A DNA stretch of 63,667 nt, counting the filler, from Octopus bimaculoides (taxonomy: Eukaryota): NCBI RefSeq assembly GCF_001194135.2. It is 7 parts of 7 records of this genome, joined end to end, with 100 filler letters (N's around TTAATTAATTAA, not from the genome) between each part and the next. Parts side by side here need not be neighbours in the genome. Positions count along the whole stretch, not along the records: positions 60,594 to 63,667 come from NC_069003.1; 6 more parts are not named here. One strand, given 5' to 3'. A program made the position numbers and the translations under genes. Below are positions 62,845-63,667 of the stretch, piece after piece. How positions within the stretch are numbered: the first letter of the stretch is position 1; every line of letters begins with the position of its first letter. The notes beneath the pieces were generated by a model. That model did not search any database and was not told the DNA's origin. It saw only the letters and a list, made by a program, of their open reading frames with translations.

Positions 62845-63000
62845 CCGAAAACAAAAGACGAAGACAGTTAAAGAAACAACAAGCAGGTATATTAATTAAC
62901 GCTCAGGAAGAATGGAAAAATCTTTGACGTTTCGAGGTTACGCTCTTCGACAGAAAGAGTTAAGAGGGAAAAAGAAAACGGAGAGAGAAAAAAATGTGTT
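62845..63000 (-). mobile_element. Penelope-type pseudo-LTR relic with minimal hammerhead fold
   Basis: Minus strand 62958-62921: TCTTT-CTGTCGA-A-GAG-CGTAAC-CTC-GAAAC-GTC-AAAGA. Confidence 0.65.
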
Positions 63001-63065
63001 GGGATTAACAGTGAAACATGATGAAATGATGTATGCATGCACACACACACACGTGCATGTGTGTG

Positions 63066-63124
<59 letters not shown>

Positions 63125-63636
63125 AAGTGTGCGCATATTTGTGGATGTGTTAAGAATCCATTAGTCTTCGACTGTCGTTGTAAAATGTATCAGTAAATCC
63201 GTAATCTTCATCAATTTAACGAGCCAACGAGTTTCAGACTGAACAAACAAAGACAAAACAGAAATAACTGTCGTTCATATAGTTTTATATCACATGACGA
63301 TATTTTGTTCCAAGTGAGCTTCCATACTTTACCAGCCATTCGCCTTCATTCCGCTGAAGCTGGCGTCTGTCTTCGAATTGGTTCCTGTTTGTTTTGCAGA
63401 ACCGCTTCCTAACTAAACTCATCCCCCTGCCACTTTCTCTTCGTCATTTCCTAGCAGTGTCTTTTTCTTTTTTACCCCACCAATCGCTATTCTAAACGGT
63501 TATGCGTATATATGCTGACACCACCTCCCAGTTCTCGACAGAAGGACCATCACCCACCACCGTCTCTACACCGACATTTTCCCCTCAAGACTATTACCAC
63601 CACCACCACCACCACCACAATCACTATAACCACCGC

Positions 63637-63667
<31 letters not shown>

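Overview
AT-rich, repeat-saturated animal genomic DNA with about 11 kb (~17%) of N gaps. The SINE families, microsatellite density and gap style look like a coleoid cephalopod (Octopus-type) draft assembly; this is inferred from recognised repeat families, not looked up. I cannot identify any intact host gene. All recognisable coding sequence is decayed transposon: hAT/Buster, pogo, two mariners, two DD37D (maT) elements, a KRBA2/SCAND3-like DDE integrase, R4/Dong-, CRE-, RTE- and Penelope-like non-LTR retroelements. There are also many tRNA-derived SINEs, several MITEs and a Helitron-like end. Most long ORFs in the track are artefacts of N runs or microsatellites. The most notable signals are: a near-canonical type I hammerhead ribozyme (51124-51196) plus three minimal Penelope-type hammerhead relics; RLE LINEs embedded on both sides in specific microsatellites ((CATA)n and (TAA)n); an identical 14-6-14 lox/dif-like palindromic site in inverted orientation around the integrase region; an exact 60-bp inverted templated insertion; and a head-to-head GAATGTGAATG satellite next to a Helitron end.
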